From assembly GCA_958421325.1 (NCBI GenBank), contig CATZLO010000002.1, positions 529 through 64,528 of the forward strand: DNA of 64,000 bases, written 5' to 3'. Position numbers and translations under genes: made by a program. Source of the stretch: an uncultured Bacilli bacterium. Lineage in GTDB: Bacteria > Bacillota_I > Bacilli_A > RF39 > UBA660. Shown here piece by piece: positions 18,352 to 26,456 of the stretch; within the stretch, counting starts at the first letter, position 1, and the number at the start of each line of letters is the position of its first letter. The notes under the pieces are model-generated. The model worked only from the letters and a program-made list of their open reading frames with translations. It did not search any database and was not told the origin of the DNA.

Positions 18352-18736
18352 TACTAGCACCAACCTTTTCATTTAATAATTCTTCTATCTCTTTCATCTT
18401 ATCCATAATATTTCTTTGTTCATTAAACTTTAATATCATATCTAAAATGCTTTTAGAAGCATTTAATCTAACATTACTACTAACATTTTCATCATCTAAC
18501 ATACTATTTAAGACTGTTATTGCCTTATTTCCAAGTAAATTTATCTTATCAATACAATTATCTACTATAATACTTTTTCTCTCGTTTAAAACTACTTTAA
18601 ACTCGGTATTAGCAAGCCATCTATTTAAAGTGGCTTCGCTAACACCTACATTCTTAGCACTTTCCACTATGCTATTGCCTTTTAATAATTCATTTATTGC
18701 TAATTCTTGTCTTACATTTAACTTACCCATAATCAT
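18344..18736 (-). CDS. HTH DNA-binding protein (phBC6A51-type / terminase-small-subunit-like HTH)
   Basis: LNVRQELAINELLKGNSIVESAKNVGVSEATLNRWLANTEF resembles the N-terminal HTH of small terminase-like phage proteins. Confidence 0.4.
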   Translation of the reverse strand: MIMGKLNVRQELAINELLKGNSIVESAKNVGVSEATLNRWLANTEFKVVLNERKSIIVDNCIDKINLLGNKAITVLNSMLDDENVSSNVRLNASKSILDMILKFNEQRNIMDKMKEIEELLNEKVGASNG

Positions 18737-18867
18737 TGCTCCTTTTATTATTTTTAGTAAAAATACTATTATTTCCTATTAAAAACTATTATTTTTACTG
18801 TCTTTTCTTTAATATTATATGTTTTTTTAATTATCTAATAGTTCTTATTATAATAGGGTAATCTAAT

Positions 18868-19593
18868 CTACTTAAAACCTTTATATTTATTATTATAAAA
18901 GCATTTTCTACTTACTGGTTTTGCCAATAAATTCAATTTTCGAGCAATATCAAAATAAGTAACTGTAAAACCTTTACTTTCAATAAACTGGGTTAAAATA
19001 CTTTGCTTCTCTATATATTTTATTATATGTTCATAATCTTCCTTTCTATTTTTGGTTTTTCTTCTATTCACATTCAAATTAGTTAAACTACATCTAGGAA
19101 CTCGCTGATTTTTATTCTTTCTCTTTGCTAATATTCCACTCATAAGGACATCTAAATTCTTGTTATACCCTTTATAGTAATGTTTATAAAAATTAGGGGT
19201 ATCGTAAACACTTTTATCAAATTCTTCTTTTGCTAATTTTTTATTTAATACTTTCTGCAAATATTCCTCAATATCTCTAACCATAGTACCTAATGGGGCA
19301 CCACAAACCATAACGTGTAAATGCCAATTAACATATTTAATTCCTTTTGTTATATTCTTAGGCATAAATTCAGTTCTAGGTCTGCCGACACCATTTGTCT
19401 TATATTTATAATCAACACTATCGCCATCAACATTAGATAAACCCACAAAGATACTGTAATCATAATCACTGCTTTTATATTTATATTTAATAAACTTAAT
19501 TAAATTATAATAGACTGCCTTCGCTTCATCTTCACTAAACAAATAATATATTGGGGTACTTAATAATGTAACACCAAATCTTCTATTACTCAT
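18868..19593 (-). CDS. Putative HUH-type rolling-circle Rep/relaxase-like protein
   Basis: Candidate motif 1 FGVTLLST, motif 2 NWHLHVMV (HUH), motif 3 YEHIIKYIEKQ (Tyr). Family not confirmed. Confidence 0.4.
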   Translation of the reverse strand: MSNRRFGVTLLSTPIYYLFSEDEAKAVYYNLIKFIKYKYKSSDYDYSIFVGLSNVDGDSVDYKYKTNGVGRPRTEFMPKNITKGIKYVNWHLHVMVCGAPLGTMVRDIEEYLQKVLNKKLAKEEFDKSVYDTPNFYKHYYKGYNKNLDVLMSGILAKRKNKNQRVPRCSLTNLNVNRRKTKNRKEDYEHIIKYIEKQSILTQFIESKGFTVTYFDIARKLNLLAKPVSRKCFYNNKYKGFK

Positions 19594-19883
19594 TAGACTG
19601 CCTCTTTCATAGTATCTAATATTAAATTTAGTTTTTTCATATCTATCGGCATTTTTCTATTATATAAAAACATATTATCTTCATCAAAGTACAGTACCAA
19701 TATCTTTTTACCATTTAATTTTATTAAAAATCTATGTGGCTCAATAAAACTTACATTAGTTCTATCTACATTTAGTATTCTTCCTTGCGTAAATTCATAT
19801 TTAGCACTATGAAAATCACAAGCTATTTTAATTTTCCTCTCAAACTTTTCATTTCTTCTTAAATCTACATAATCTTTTATCAT
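19593..19883 (-). CDS. Hypothetical small protein
   Basis: ATG 19883 follows GGAGGTG. ATGA-type overlap with the Rep-like gene. Confidence 0.4.
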   Translation of the reverse strand: MIKDYVDLRRNEKFERKIKIACDFHSAKYEFTQGRILNVDRTNVSFIEPHRFLIKLNGKKILVLYFDEDNMFLYNRKMPIDMKKLNLILDTMKEAV

Positions 19884-19907
19884 TTTCACCTCCAATTTTA
19901 TGGCAAA

Positions 19908-19941
19908 CTAAAACACGGACAAACTCTACGTTTTCCGTGCT
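19908..19941 (-). terminator. Terminator downstream of tRNA-Trp
   Basis: CACGGA (19915-19920) / TCCGTG (19935-19940). On the minus strand it is followed by TTTTAGTTT. Confidence 0.55.
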
Positions 19942-19983
19942 TTTATATATGTTTACTCCATATTTTTGGAGATTATCCACATC

Positions 19984-20057
19984 TGGCAGGGACATCAGGA
20001 TTTGAACCCGAATAGATGGTTTTGGAGACCACTATGTTACCATTACATCATGTCCCT
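19984..20057 (-). tRNA. trnW: tRNA-Trp (anticodon CCA), 3' CCA encoded
   Basis: Minus strand reads AGGGACA..GGTCTCCAAAACC..GGTTCAAATCC..TGTCCCTGCCA. 7-bp acceptor stem, anticodon loop CTCCAAA, T-loop GGTTCAAATCC. Confidence 0.9.
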
Positions 20058-20254
20058 ATAAAGCTCTTTTTAAGAGCAAATTTATTATAACATATTTTTA
20101 TTGTTTTTTAACACTATTTATTGTGTTTTACAATTTTTGAATTTGATTTAAATTATTGAGTTTGCCACCAATAGTGACCACACCTTAAATATCTAAATCT
20201 TAAAAACTCAATATTTACAAGGGATAATTGGCATTCCTTCTCTAAACAACAAGA

Positions 20255-20340
20255 GTTTTGGAGACTCCTATGTTTCCTATATGGGTTCTTTTTAGAACAT
20301 ATTAATTATAGCATAGTTTATAATGATTTGACAATATATT
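20255..20340 (-). pseudogene. Degenerate copy of the tRNA-Trp promoter, leader hairpin and D/anticodon arm
   Basis: GTTTTGGAGACTCCTATGTTTCC (20255-20277) vs GTTTTGGAGACCACTATGTTACC in the intact gene. The upstream hairpin GTTCTttttAGAAC parallels GCTCTTtttaAGAGC. The acceptor/D 5' part and the whole 3' half are missing. Confidence 0.5.
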
Positions 20341-20346
20341 TTTAAT

Positions 20347-20587
20347 GAAGAGGTGGACATACATTAGGATCCGGGGCATAGAAACAATGATTTTTAAATC
20401 TTCCTGCTAGGGTTTGATCATACCATGTACTAATACAGTTGTTATTTCTTCCAGGGGCATAGAACCATAAAGCATTAGTAGCAGGGTAGTAATATTCTCC
20501 TTTTAAGTTTCTTTCTGCTAGTTCTCTTTCTTTGATAGTAGAGCCTGATGTAAATTGTGGGCTGTTGATACCAGCGAAACCTCCAGG
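20347..20587 (-). pseudogene. cwlJ: cwlJ (SleB/CwlJ Hydrolase_2 family cortex-lytic enzyme), C-terminal fragment
   Basis: Minus strand reads (PGGF)AGINSPQFTSGSTIKERELAERNLKGEYYYPATNALWFYAPGRNNNCISTWYDQTLAGRFKNHCFYAPDPNVCPPLH*. It continues the N-terminal fragment at 53589-53782. Confidence 0.8.
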
Positions 20588-20606
20588 TTTTTGTTAGTTA
20601 GTACTA
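20580..20606. other. attL of the prophage (core CCTCCAGG plus phage arm TTTTTG-TTAGTTAGTACTA)
   Basis: Core at 20580-20587 is identical to 53589-53596. The 13-bp arm 20594-20606 is the exact inverted copy of 53570-53582. Confidence 0.75.
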
Positions 20607-21956
20607 TATAAAATTAACAGTTATGTTTTTGTTTTTGTCTATTGTTATATTATCAATAATACTTCGCCAAAGTCTTTGTTTTTCTACATCTGTTAAAGTG
20701 TCATAAATGGTTAAGAAATCCATTTTTAGAAACTTTTGTAGATTATCTATATTAATATTTTGCTCTTCTTGGTTCGCTTGTTCTTCTTTCTTTAACTCTT
20801 CTTTTAAATAGTTGTAGTCATTATTATACTTATCTTTGTCTATTAAATCATTAAGATATAGATCCACAAGTTTATTCATTTTATTTTTTATTTCTGTTGC
20901 TTTATTTTTTCTTGTTATCTTTTTCTTTTTATTTGCATTTAAGATATTATTTTCTGCTATTTTTAAAATATTTTCTTTTAAATAGTCCTCAATATACATT
21001 TCTGTTAATGCTGTTGTATTGATACAATTCCTTTCTACGTAGTGTTGTTTACATCTGTATATTTTTGTATAACCTGTTTTGGCACCTCTTGTTCCTCCTG
21101 CCATTTTAAAACCGCATTCTTCACATATTATTAAACCACTAAATATATAATCTCTCTTTGTGTTAGAGTTATATATTTTTATGTTTCTTTTTAATTCTTT
21201 TTGCACTCTGTAAAATTTATCTTCATCAATAATAGCAGGGCAGAAGTCTTCTATTAGTTCTTTGTTTTTAGTCGTTGTAAATTTTCCTATATATTTAGTA
21301 TCAGTAAGATAGTTTCTAATACTTCCTATACTCTTATTTCCTATATTATTTTTAAACCATTGATGAGTTTTTACTAAGCTTGATGTTTTTAAGTAGTAGT
21401 CATATAATTCATTTAATTGCTCTGCTTCTTTTTCATTAATTATAAGATGCTTATTTTTATCTATATCATAACCAAATATTTTAGCTCCTGTACAAACTGT
21501 CTTTGCAACTTTATATTTGTAGTTATTTACTCTATTAATACGTTCAGAGTCCTTATTTCTTTCGTGTTCTGCAAGGTTTACTTTAAGGTTGAATATAAAT
21601 CTACCATCAGCAGTAGAAGTGTCTATATCGTCCTCATCTATAGCTTTAAATGAAGTGTTATGTTTATCTAATTCTACTAGTAGGTTATTAGCATCTCTTA
21701 CATTTCTTGAAAACCTATCTAATTTTGTAAAAATGATTAAATCTATATTATCAAGGTCTTTAAGCAGTCTTACAAATTCTTTTCTTTTTGATATTGTTCC
21801 TGCTGATACACCTTCATCTATGTAATAGTCATATATTTTATATTTATTTCTTTTACAATATTGTGTTAAACTGTTCTTTTGATCGTCAACTGATATTCCA
21901 AACCTCTTTTGTTCTTCAGTTGATACCCGACAATATATTGCTACATTTTTAATCAT
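20604..21956 (-). CDS. Large serine recombinase (prophage integrase)
   Basis: VAIYCRVSTEEQ, LDRFSRN, recombinase domain, zinc ribbon CEECG..CKQH..C, coiled-coil C-terminus. The stop codon lies inside the att arm. Confidence 0.9.
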   Translation of the reverse strand: MIKNVAIYCRVSTEEQKRFGISVDDQKNSLTQYCKRNKYKIYDYYIDEGVSAGTISKRKEFVRLLKDLDNIDLIIFTKLDRFSRNVRDANNLLVELDKHNTSFKAIDEDDIDTSTADGRFIFNLKVNLAEHERNKDSERINRVNNYKYKVAKTVCTGAKIFGYDIDKNKHLIINEKEAEQLNELYDYYLKTSSLVKTHQWFKNNIGNKSIGSIRNYLTDTKYIGKFTTTKNKELIEDFCPAIIDEDKFYRVQKELKRNIKIYNSNTKRDYIFSGLIICEECGFKMAGGTRGAKTGYTKIYRCKQHYVERNCINTTALTEMYIEDYLKENILKIAENNILNANKKKKITRKNKATEIKNKMNKLVDLYLNDLIDKDKYNNDYNYLKEELKKEEQANQEEQNINIDNLQKFLKMDFLTIYDTLTDVEKQRLWRSIIDNITIDKNKNITVNFI

Positions 21957-22096
21957 TATAGCACTTCCTTTCTTTAATTTTATTGATAAGAAAAGATTTT
22001 AATGCTATAATTAAATAGCAGAAATAAATTTCTTATCGTAGTGGGTATTGAAATATTTTCTGTTTTGATCTCGTATGCCAGTACGAGGTCTTTTTT

Positions 22097-22609
22097 TTAA
22101 TTTAAATTATCAATAGCATATTGTGCCTCTTCGGCAGTAAATTGCTCTCCATATTCCGAAACTAATTGATCATATATTGCATTTTTAGACATACTCATTG
22201 TTTCTTGATAATCTTTAGCTTTTGCAAGTGCATTGGTATTCCAGTCGGCTTGAACATTATCTATTGCATATTGGGCTGCATCTGCTTCAAATTGTCCTCC
22301 ATATTCAGAAGTTAGTTGATCATATATTCCTTGTTTAGACATGTGCATAACATTAGCATAGGTATCAGCTTGATTTAAAGCATTTCTATATTCAGTTGGT
22401 ATATTTTCTTCAACAGTTTGAGTATCTTCTTTTTCTTCTATTGTTTCTGTTACTTCATCAGTTTGTTGTTCTTCTTGCTTATTGTTATCGTTACTATCAT
22501 CTGAAAGATTACTATTGTTTCCACCAGCTAATCCTCCAATTATACAAATAACTAGTACTATAATAACTACAATTGCCCATTTAGGCATTTTCTTTTTCTC
22601 TATTTCCAT
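22097..22609 (-). CDS. Ltp-family surface protein (superinfection-exclusion type), two Ltp repeats
   Basis: N-terminal membrane anchor. Duplicated module NA(L/I)..A..Y...M.MSK..IYDQL.SEYG.QF...AQYAIDN, as in Lipoprotein_Ltp repeats. Confidence 0.6.
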   Translation of the reverse strand: MEIEKKKMPKWAIVVIIVLVICIIGGLAGGNNSNLSDDSNDNNKQEEQQTDEVTETIEEKEDTQTVEENIPTEYRNALNQADTYANVMHMSKQGIYDQLTSEYGGQFEADAAQYAIDNVQADWNTNALAKAKDYQETMSMSKNAIYDQLVSEYGEQFTAEEAQYAIDNLN

Positions 22610-22669
22610 GATTTACACCTCCTTTACTACAGTAAAATTTATATTAAAAGCACCTATACTAGCATATTT

Positions 22670-22984
22670 TTAAACGTGTTTAATATTATTTAAAAGAAAG
22701 TCTATATATTTATCTGCTTCATCTTCTGCATTTTCTATTGAAAAAGCATATAGTTCACTATTTCTATCAATATGATGAAGTTCTATATGAGCAAATTCGT
22801 GAAGGATAGTTTTTATTTTTTTTTCTTTTGAAATGTTCCAGTTTATTACTATTAAATAAATGTCTTTATATTTATTAACAAAACCATATATTTTTTTTGG
22901 CAATTTTTTATAAATAATTCTTGCATTATTAATAATTAAATACTCTTCTTGGGTTAATTCTCCTCTTAATAATTCTATTAACAC
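22670..22984 (-). CDS. ImmA/IrrE-family zinc metallopeptidase
   Basis: HEFAHIELHH (HExxH). Sits directly downstream of the XRE repressor in the same operon. GTG start. Confidence 0.7.
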   Translation of the reverse strand: MLIELLRGELTQEEYLIINNARIIYKKLPKKIYGFVNKYKDIYLIVINWNISKEKKIKTILHEFAHIELHHIDRNSELYAFSIENAEDEADKYIDFLLNNIKHV

Positions 22985-23030
22985 AATATCACTCCTTATT
23001 TTGTATGAATAGGATACTGCTATATTTTTA

Positions 23031-23375
23031 TTAATTATCTAATTCCTTATCAATATCTTTGTGAATTGCATTAATAACTCCAAGAACTGCTTTTTTGTCT
23101 TCGCTTGATAATTCTTTAATTTTTGAAAAAAGTATTCTATCTAATTCATTGTTTTGCTTATCGTTAGGTGGGAAGAAATCATTAATTGATACATTAAAAT
23201 AGTCAGCTAGTTGAAATAAAAAATCTTGCTTAAATTGTCTAAGATTATTTTCGTAACGTGCTATTTGTTGTTGAGTAACACCTAAATCTTCAGCTAGTTC
23301 TTGTTGTGTTAAATTCTTAGAAAGCCTAAGAGATTTTAATTTATCAGCACAATATTTATTTACACTGTTACCCAT
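23031..23375 (-). CDS. CI-like XRE-family prophage repressor
   Basis: LKSLRLSKNLTQQELAEDLGVTQQQIARYENN. ATG 23375 follows AAAGGAGAG; the track ORF is extended upstream to 23471. Divergent from the cro-like gene. Confidence 0.8.
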   Translation of the reverse strand: MGNSVNKYCADKLKSLRLSKNLTQQELAEDLGVTQQQIARYENNLRQFKQDFLFQLADYFNVSINDFFPPNDKQNNELDRILFSKIKELSSEDKKAVLGVINAIHKDIDKELDN

Positions 23376-23412
23376 ATAAACTCTCCTTTCTGTAAATATA
23401 TTAACACCAATT

Positions 23413-23485
23413 ACTCCATAATGGAAGAAAAAAGTAAAAAAAAATACAAAAAAGTATTGACTATACTCCAAAATAGAGTTAATAT
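23413..23485. promoter_or_regulatory. Genetic-switch region: operators O1/O2 and divergent promoters
   Basis: O1 ACTCCATAATGGAAG (23413-23427). O2 ACTCCAAAATAGAGT (23465-23479) fills the spacer between TTGACT (23457-23462) and TAATAT (23480-23485). Confidence 0.6.
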
Positions 23486-23520
23486 GAAAATGTCATAAGA
23501 CAGAATTGAGGTGAAATTAT

Positions 23521-23742
23521 ATGCAAAGTAAATTAATTATTTTAAGAAAAGAGCGAGATATTAAGCAACAAGAATTGGCAGATTTGCTTAATATTAATGT
23601 TAAAACTTATAATTTTAAAGAAGCTGGTAAAAGTCAGTTTACTATGAATGAAATGTTTAAAATATCTGATTTTTTTGGTAAATCAGTAGAAGAAATTTTT
23701 TTACCAACAGTACTCCAAAATGGAGTTGAAATTAAGGGGTAA
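23521..23742 (+). CDS. Cro-like XRE-family HTH regulator
   Basis: LRKERDIKQQELADLLNINVKTYNFKEAGKSQFTMNEM. Divergent from the repressor. Confidence 0.75.
   Translation: MQSKLIILRKERDIKQQELADLLNINVKTYNFKEAGKSQFTMNEMFKISDFFGKSVEEIFLPTVLQNGVEIKG
23712..23726. promoter_or_regulatory. Third operator copy O3 (best palindrome) inside the 3' end of the cro-like gene
   Basis: ACTCCAAAATGGAGT: 6-bp arms ACTCCA/TGGAGT around a 3-nt spacer. Confidence 0.5.
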
Positions 23743-23811
23743 AATTTTAATAAATACTCACTACGTACTTATAAATAATAAGTCGAATAAAATTTAATAG
23801 GAGGTATGAAT

Positions 23812-23922
23812 ATGAAATTACCTAGCGACTTAGAAGTAAGACTCTGGCAAGCCTTAGCAGAAATATTAACTGATAAAGTTGGTGTAGAAATTGTAGCTAA
23901 AATTGAAAATAGTAATGAATAG
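23812..23922 (+). CDS. Small ORF (36 aa), below the track threshold
   Basis: ATG follows AGGAGGT. Product MKLPSDLEVRLWQALAEILTDKVGVEIVAKIENSNE. Confidence 0.3.
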   Translation: MKLPSDLEVRLWQALAEILTDKVGVEIVAKIENSNE

Positions 23923-24038
23923 GGAAGGAGATTATGGCATTAGATAAAAAAAGAAAGATTAAAGCCAGCCAGCAATTAATCTTTTGTTAAATAAATTAAC
24001 AATTTTATTTTATCACAAAATGTCATAAATGTAAAAAT

Positions 24039-24233
24039 ATGAGAAAAGTAAGATTAAGAAAACGGGTTAGATTAACTTTATTAATATTATTTGGAATTAT
24101 TATTGCAATTATTATTGCCAACTTAATATGTGATAGTTCTAGTTCTTTTGATAATTATGCTGCTATGTGTGATCGAGAAAAAGGATCATTGTGTACTTAT
24201 TATGAGGTTAGAAATTACATGATAAATAAGTAA
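24039..24233 (+). CDS. Small membrane protein
   Basis: Basic N-terminus plus one TM helix. Confidence 0.35.
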   Translation: MRKVRLRKRVRLTLLILFGIIIAIIIANLICDSSSSFDNYAAMCDREKGSLCTYYEVRNYMINK

Positions 24234-24249
24234 TTCAGGAGGGCTAGTT

Positions 24250-24915
24250 ATGATACAAGATAGTTTTGTTTTTTATGATAGTTTTAGAAATGCAGTAAAA
24301 AAGAAGAACGATGATAAGAGATTAGCATTTTATGAGGCAATAATTGATTATGCTTTAACTGGTATTGTGCCTAATTTAGATGAGGAATTAGAGTCATTGT
24401 TTATAATGGCAAAACCACAATTAGATGCTAATACTAAAAGAAAAAAAGATGGTAGAAAGGGTGGTAGGCCATCTAAAAAAGATGATAACAACCTATCGAA
24501 TAACTATGAAAAAAGTATAGTTTTGGAAGAAGAAAACTATAAAAAAACCAGTGGTTTTGAAGAAGAAAACCATAGGTTAGAAAGTAAAAAACCTAATGTA
24601 AATGTAAATGATAATGTAAATGTTAATGCTAATGTTAATGTATTAGAATTTGCAGAAAAAGAATTTGGCAGAACATTATCATCTACTGAAATTGGATTTA
24701 TTAATTCGTGGACGTATAATCCTGAAATTATAAAACTTGCTATTCAAGAGACAGTCCTGAATCAAGTTTATAATGTGAAATATACTGATAAGATTCTTTA
24801 TGAGTGGGATAAAGCTAATCTAAGAGATACTAATTCTATAAAAAAACATTTAAAAAAAAGAAGAGAGAATCAGTCTATAGATAATGAAGAATGTCATTAT
24901 CGGAGGTTAGAGTGA
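24250..24915 (+). CDS. DnaD-domain replication protein (replisome organiser)
   Basis: C-terminal EFGRTLSSTEIGFINSW...IKLAIQETV...YTDKILYEWDKANL is DnaD/DnaB_2-like. Central (NV)n linker. Confidence 0.6.
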   Translation: MIQDSFVFYDSFRNAVKKKNDDKRLAFYEAIIDYALTGIVPNLDEELESLFIMAKPQLDANTKRKKDGRKGGRPSKKDDNNLSNNYEKSIVLEEENYKKTSGFEEENHRLESKKPNVNVNDNVNVNANVNVLEFAEKEFGRTLSSTEIGFINSWTYNPEIIKLAIQETVLNQVYNVKYTDKILYEWDKANLRDTNSIKKHLKKRRENQSIDNEECHYRRLE

Positions 24916-26177
24916 TGTATGATTTAGAAGAAGAAATTATTGGATGCTTATTAGTTCATCCAGAGAATATTAGTAGGTTAGTAATATCAGACGAATGTTT
25001 CAAAAACAATGAGAACAGATTTATCGTTAAGCTTATAAAACAACAATATCAAGATATTAGAAATATTGATTTAATTGCTTTAGGAGAGAAATACAAGCAT
25101 TTGTTTAATCAAAAGTTTAATCAAGAAATAATCATAAAAAAGATGGTTAATATCATGACTAATACATTTGGTCATAATTTTGATTATTATCAAGAATTAT
25201 TATTTGAAAGGTATGTAAACGATTTAATTTTAAGTGTAATTGATAAATTTAAAAATAATCAAATATCACAAGATGAATTATTAACTTCTATTCATAAATA
25301 TGAAGCTTTAAGCATTAAGACAAATGCTAATAAATTAACTGGAGAGGAGGTTTTTAAAATAATAAATTCAAAAAATAAAGGGATTAATTTTAGATTTGAA
25401 AAATTGTCTAAGTATGCAAATATACAAGAGCATGATCTAGTTGTAGTAGCTGCTAGACCTGGTATAGGTAAGACTGGCTTTGTTCTAAATTTAATGGAAG
25501 ATTTATCAGACAGATATAATTGCATTTTATTCAACATGGAAATGAGTGATAAGCAAGTGTATCAAAGACTTGTTGGCATAAATACAAAGATACCAATTAT
25601 ATATCACGACAATCCTGCTACTGATTATCAAAAAGAACAGTTGGTTAAAAGTAGTAAAGCTATTGCAAGCAAAAACATCAAAGTAATCAGTAGAAGTCAA
25701 ACTATTTCTAGCATTAGAAAGAGAATAATTGAAGAGAGTAAACAAGGGCATACACTAGCATTTATTGACTATGTAGGTCTAATTGGAAGTAATGATAAGA
25801 CTAAGTCTCTATACGAGAAAACAACTGCTATTGTTAAAGAACTAAGACAAATTTCTTTAGATTACGACTGTACTATATTTCTAGTTGCTCAAATTAATAG
25901 AAATTCTGAAAATGCAAAAGATAAGAGACCTAAGATTAGTGATTTAAAAGAAACTGGAGAATTAGAACAATCTGCTACTACAGTGCTTATGCTCCATAAT
26001 GAAAATTATTACAAAGGAATTGAAATGAAAATTGAAGAAATAGAGGTAATAATTGGCAAAAATAGAAATGGTCAAACAGGAATTCTTACTCTTGAATACA
26101 ATCAACAAACACAAAGATTTGACGTTAAAGGAACTAATAAAATTTATAATGAACCAAATAAGTGGAGAAAGGAATAA
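24915..26177 (+). CDS. DnaB-type replicative DNA helicase
   Basis: Walker A AARPGIGKTGF, LFNMEMS, IDYVGLI, VAQINR. ATG 24915 overlaps the upstream TGA. Confidence 0.85.
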   Translation: MYDLEEEIIGCLLVHPENISRLVISDECFKNNENRFIVKLIKQQYQDIRNIDLIALGEKYKHLFNQKFNQEIIIKKMVNIMTNTFGHNFDYYQELLFERYVNDLILSVIDKFKNNQISQDELLTSIHKYEALSIKTNANKLTGEEVFKIINSKNKGINFRFEKLSKYANIQEHDLVVVAARPGIGKTGFVLNLMEDLSDRYNCILFNMEMSDKQVYQRLVGINTKIPIIYHDNPATDYQKEQLVKSSKAIASKNIKVISRSQTISSIRKRIIEESKQGHTLAFIDYVGLIGSNDKTKSLYEKTTAIVKELRQISLDYDCTIFLVAQINRNSENAKDKRPKISDLKETGELEQSATTVLMLHNENYYKGIEMKIEEIEVIIGKNRNGQTGILTLEYNQQTQRFDVKGTNKIYNEPNKWRKE

Positions 26178-26180
26178 AAA

Positions 26181-26456
26181 GTGGAAAAAGGACTGAAAGA
26201 ATTAGAAAAAAGGGTTAGTAGGTTAGAAAATGTAACAGGTAATACTTATGATTTTTATTGTAGCAACCGATACTTAATGTTACCTGTAGAATTATTAAAA
26301 CTAGGAGTATTTAATTACGATGATAATCACTTATTAGAAAATATAGAATTACATAAGGAAATAAACAAGCTTAAGCAAAAAAACAAACAACTTGAGGAAC
26401 TAGTAACTAATTTGTTGTTTAAATTAGAAAATAAGGAGGTAATAGATGTGATATGA
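26181..26456 (+). CDS. Hypothetical protein
   Basis: GTG start, coding-like, in operon. Confidence 0.35.
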   Translation: MEKGLKELEKRVSRLENVTGNTYDFYCSNRYLMLPVELLKLGVFNYDDNHLLENIELHKEINKLKQKNKQLEELVTNLLFKLENKEVIDVI

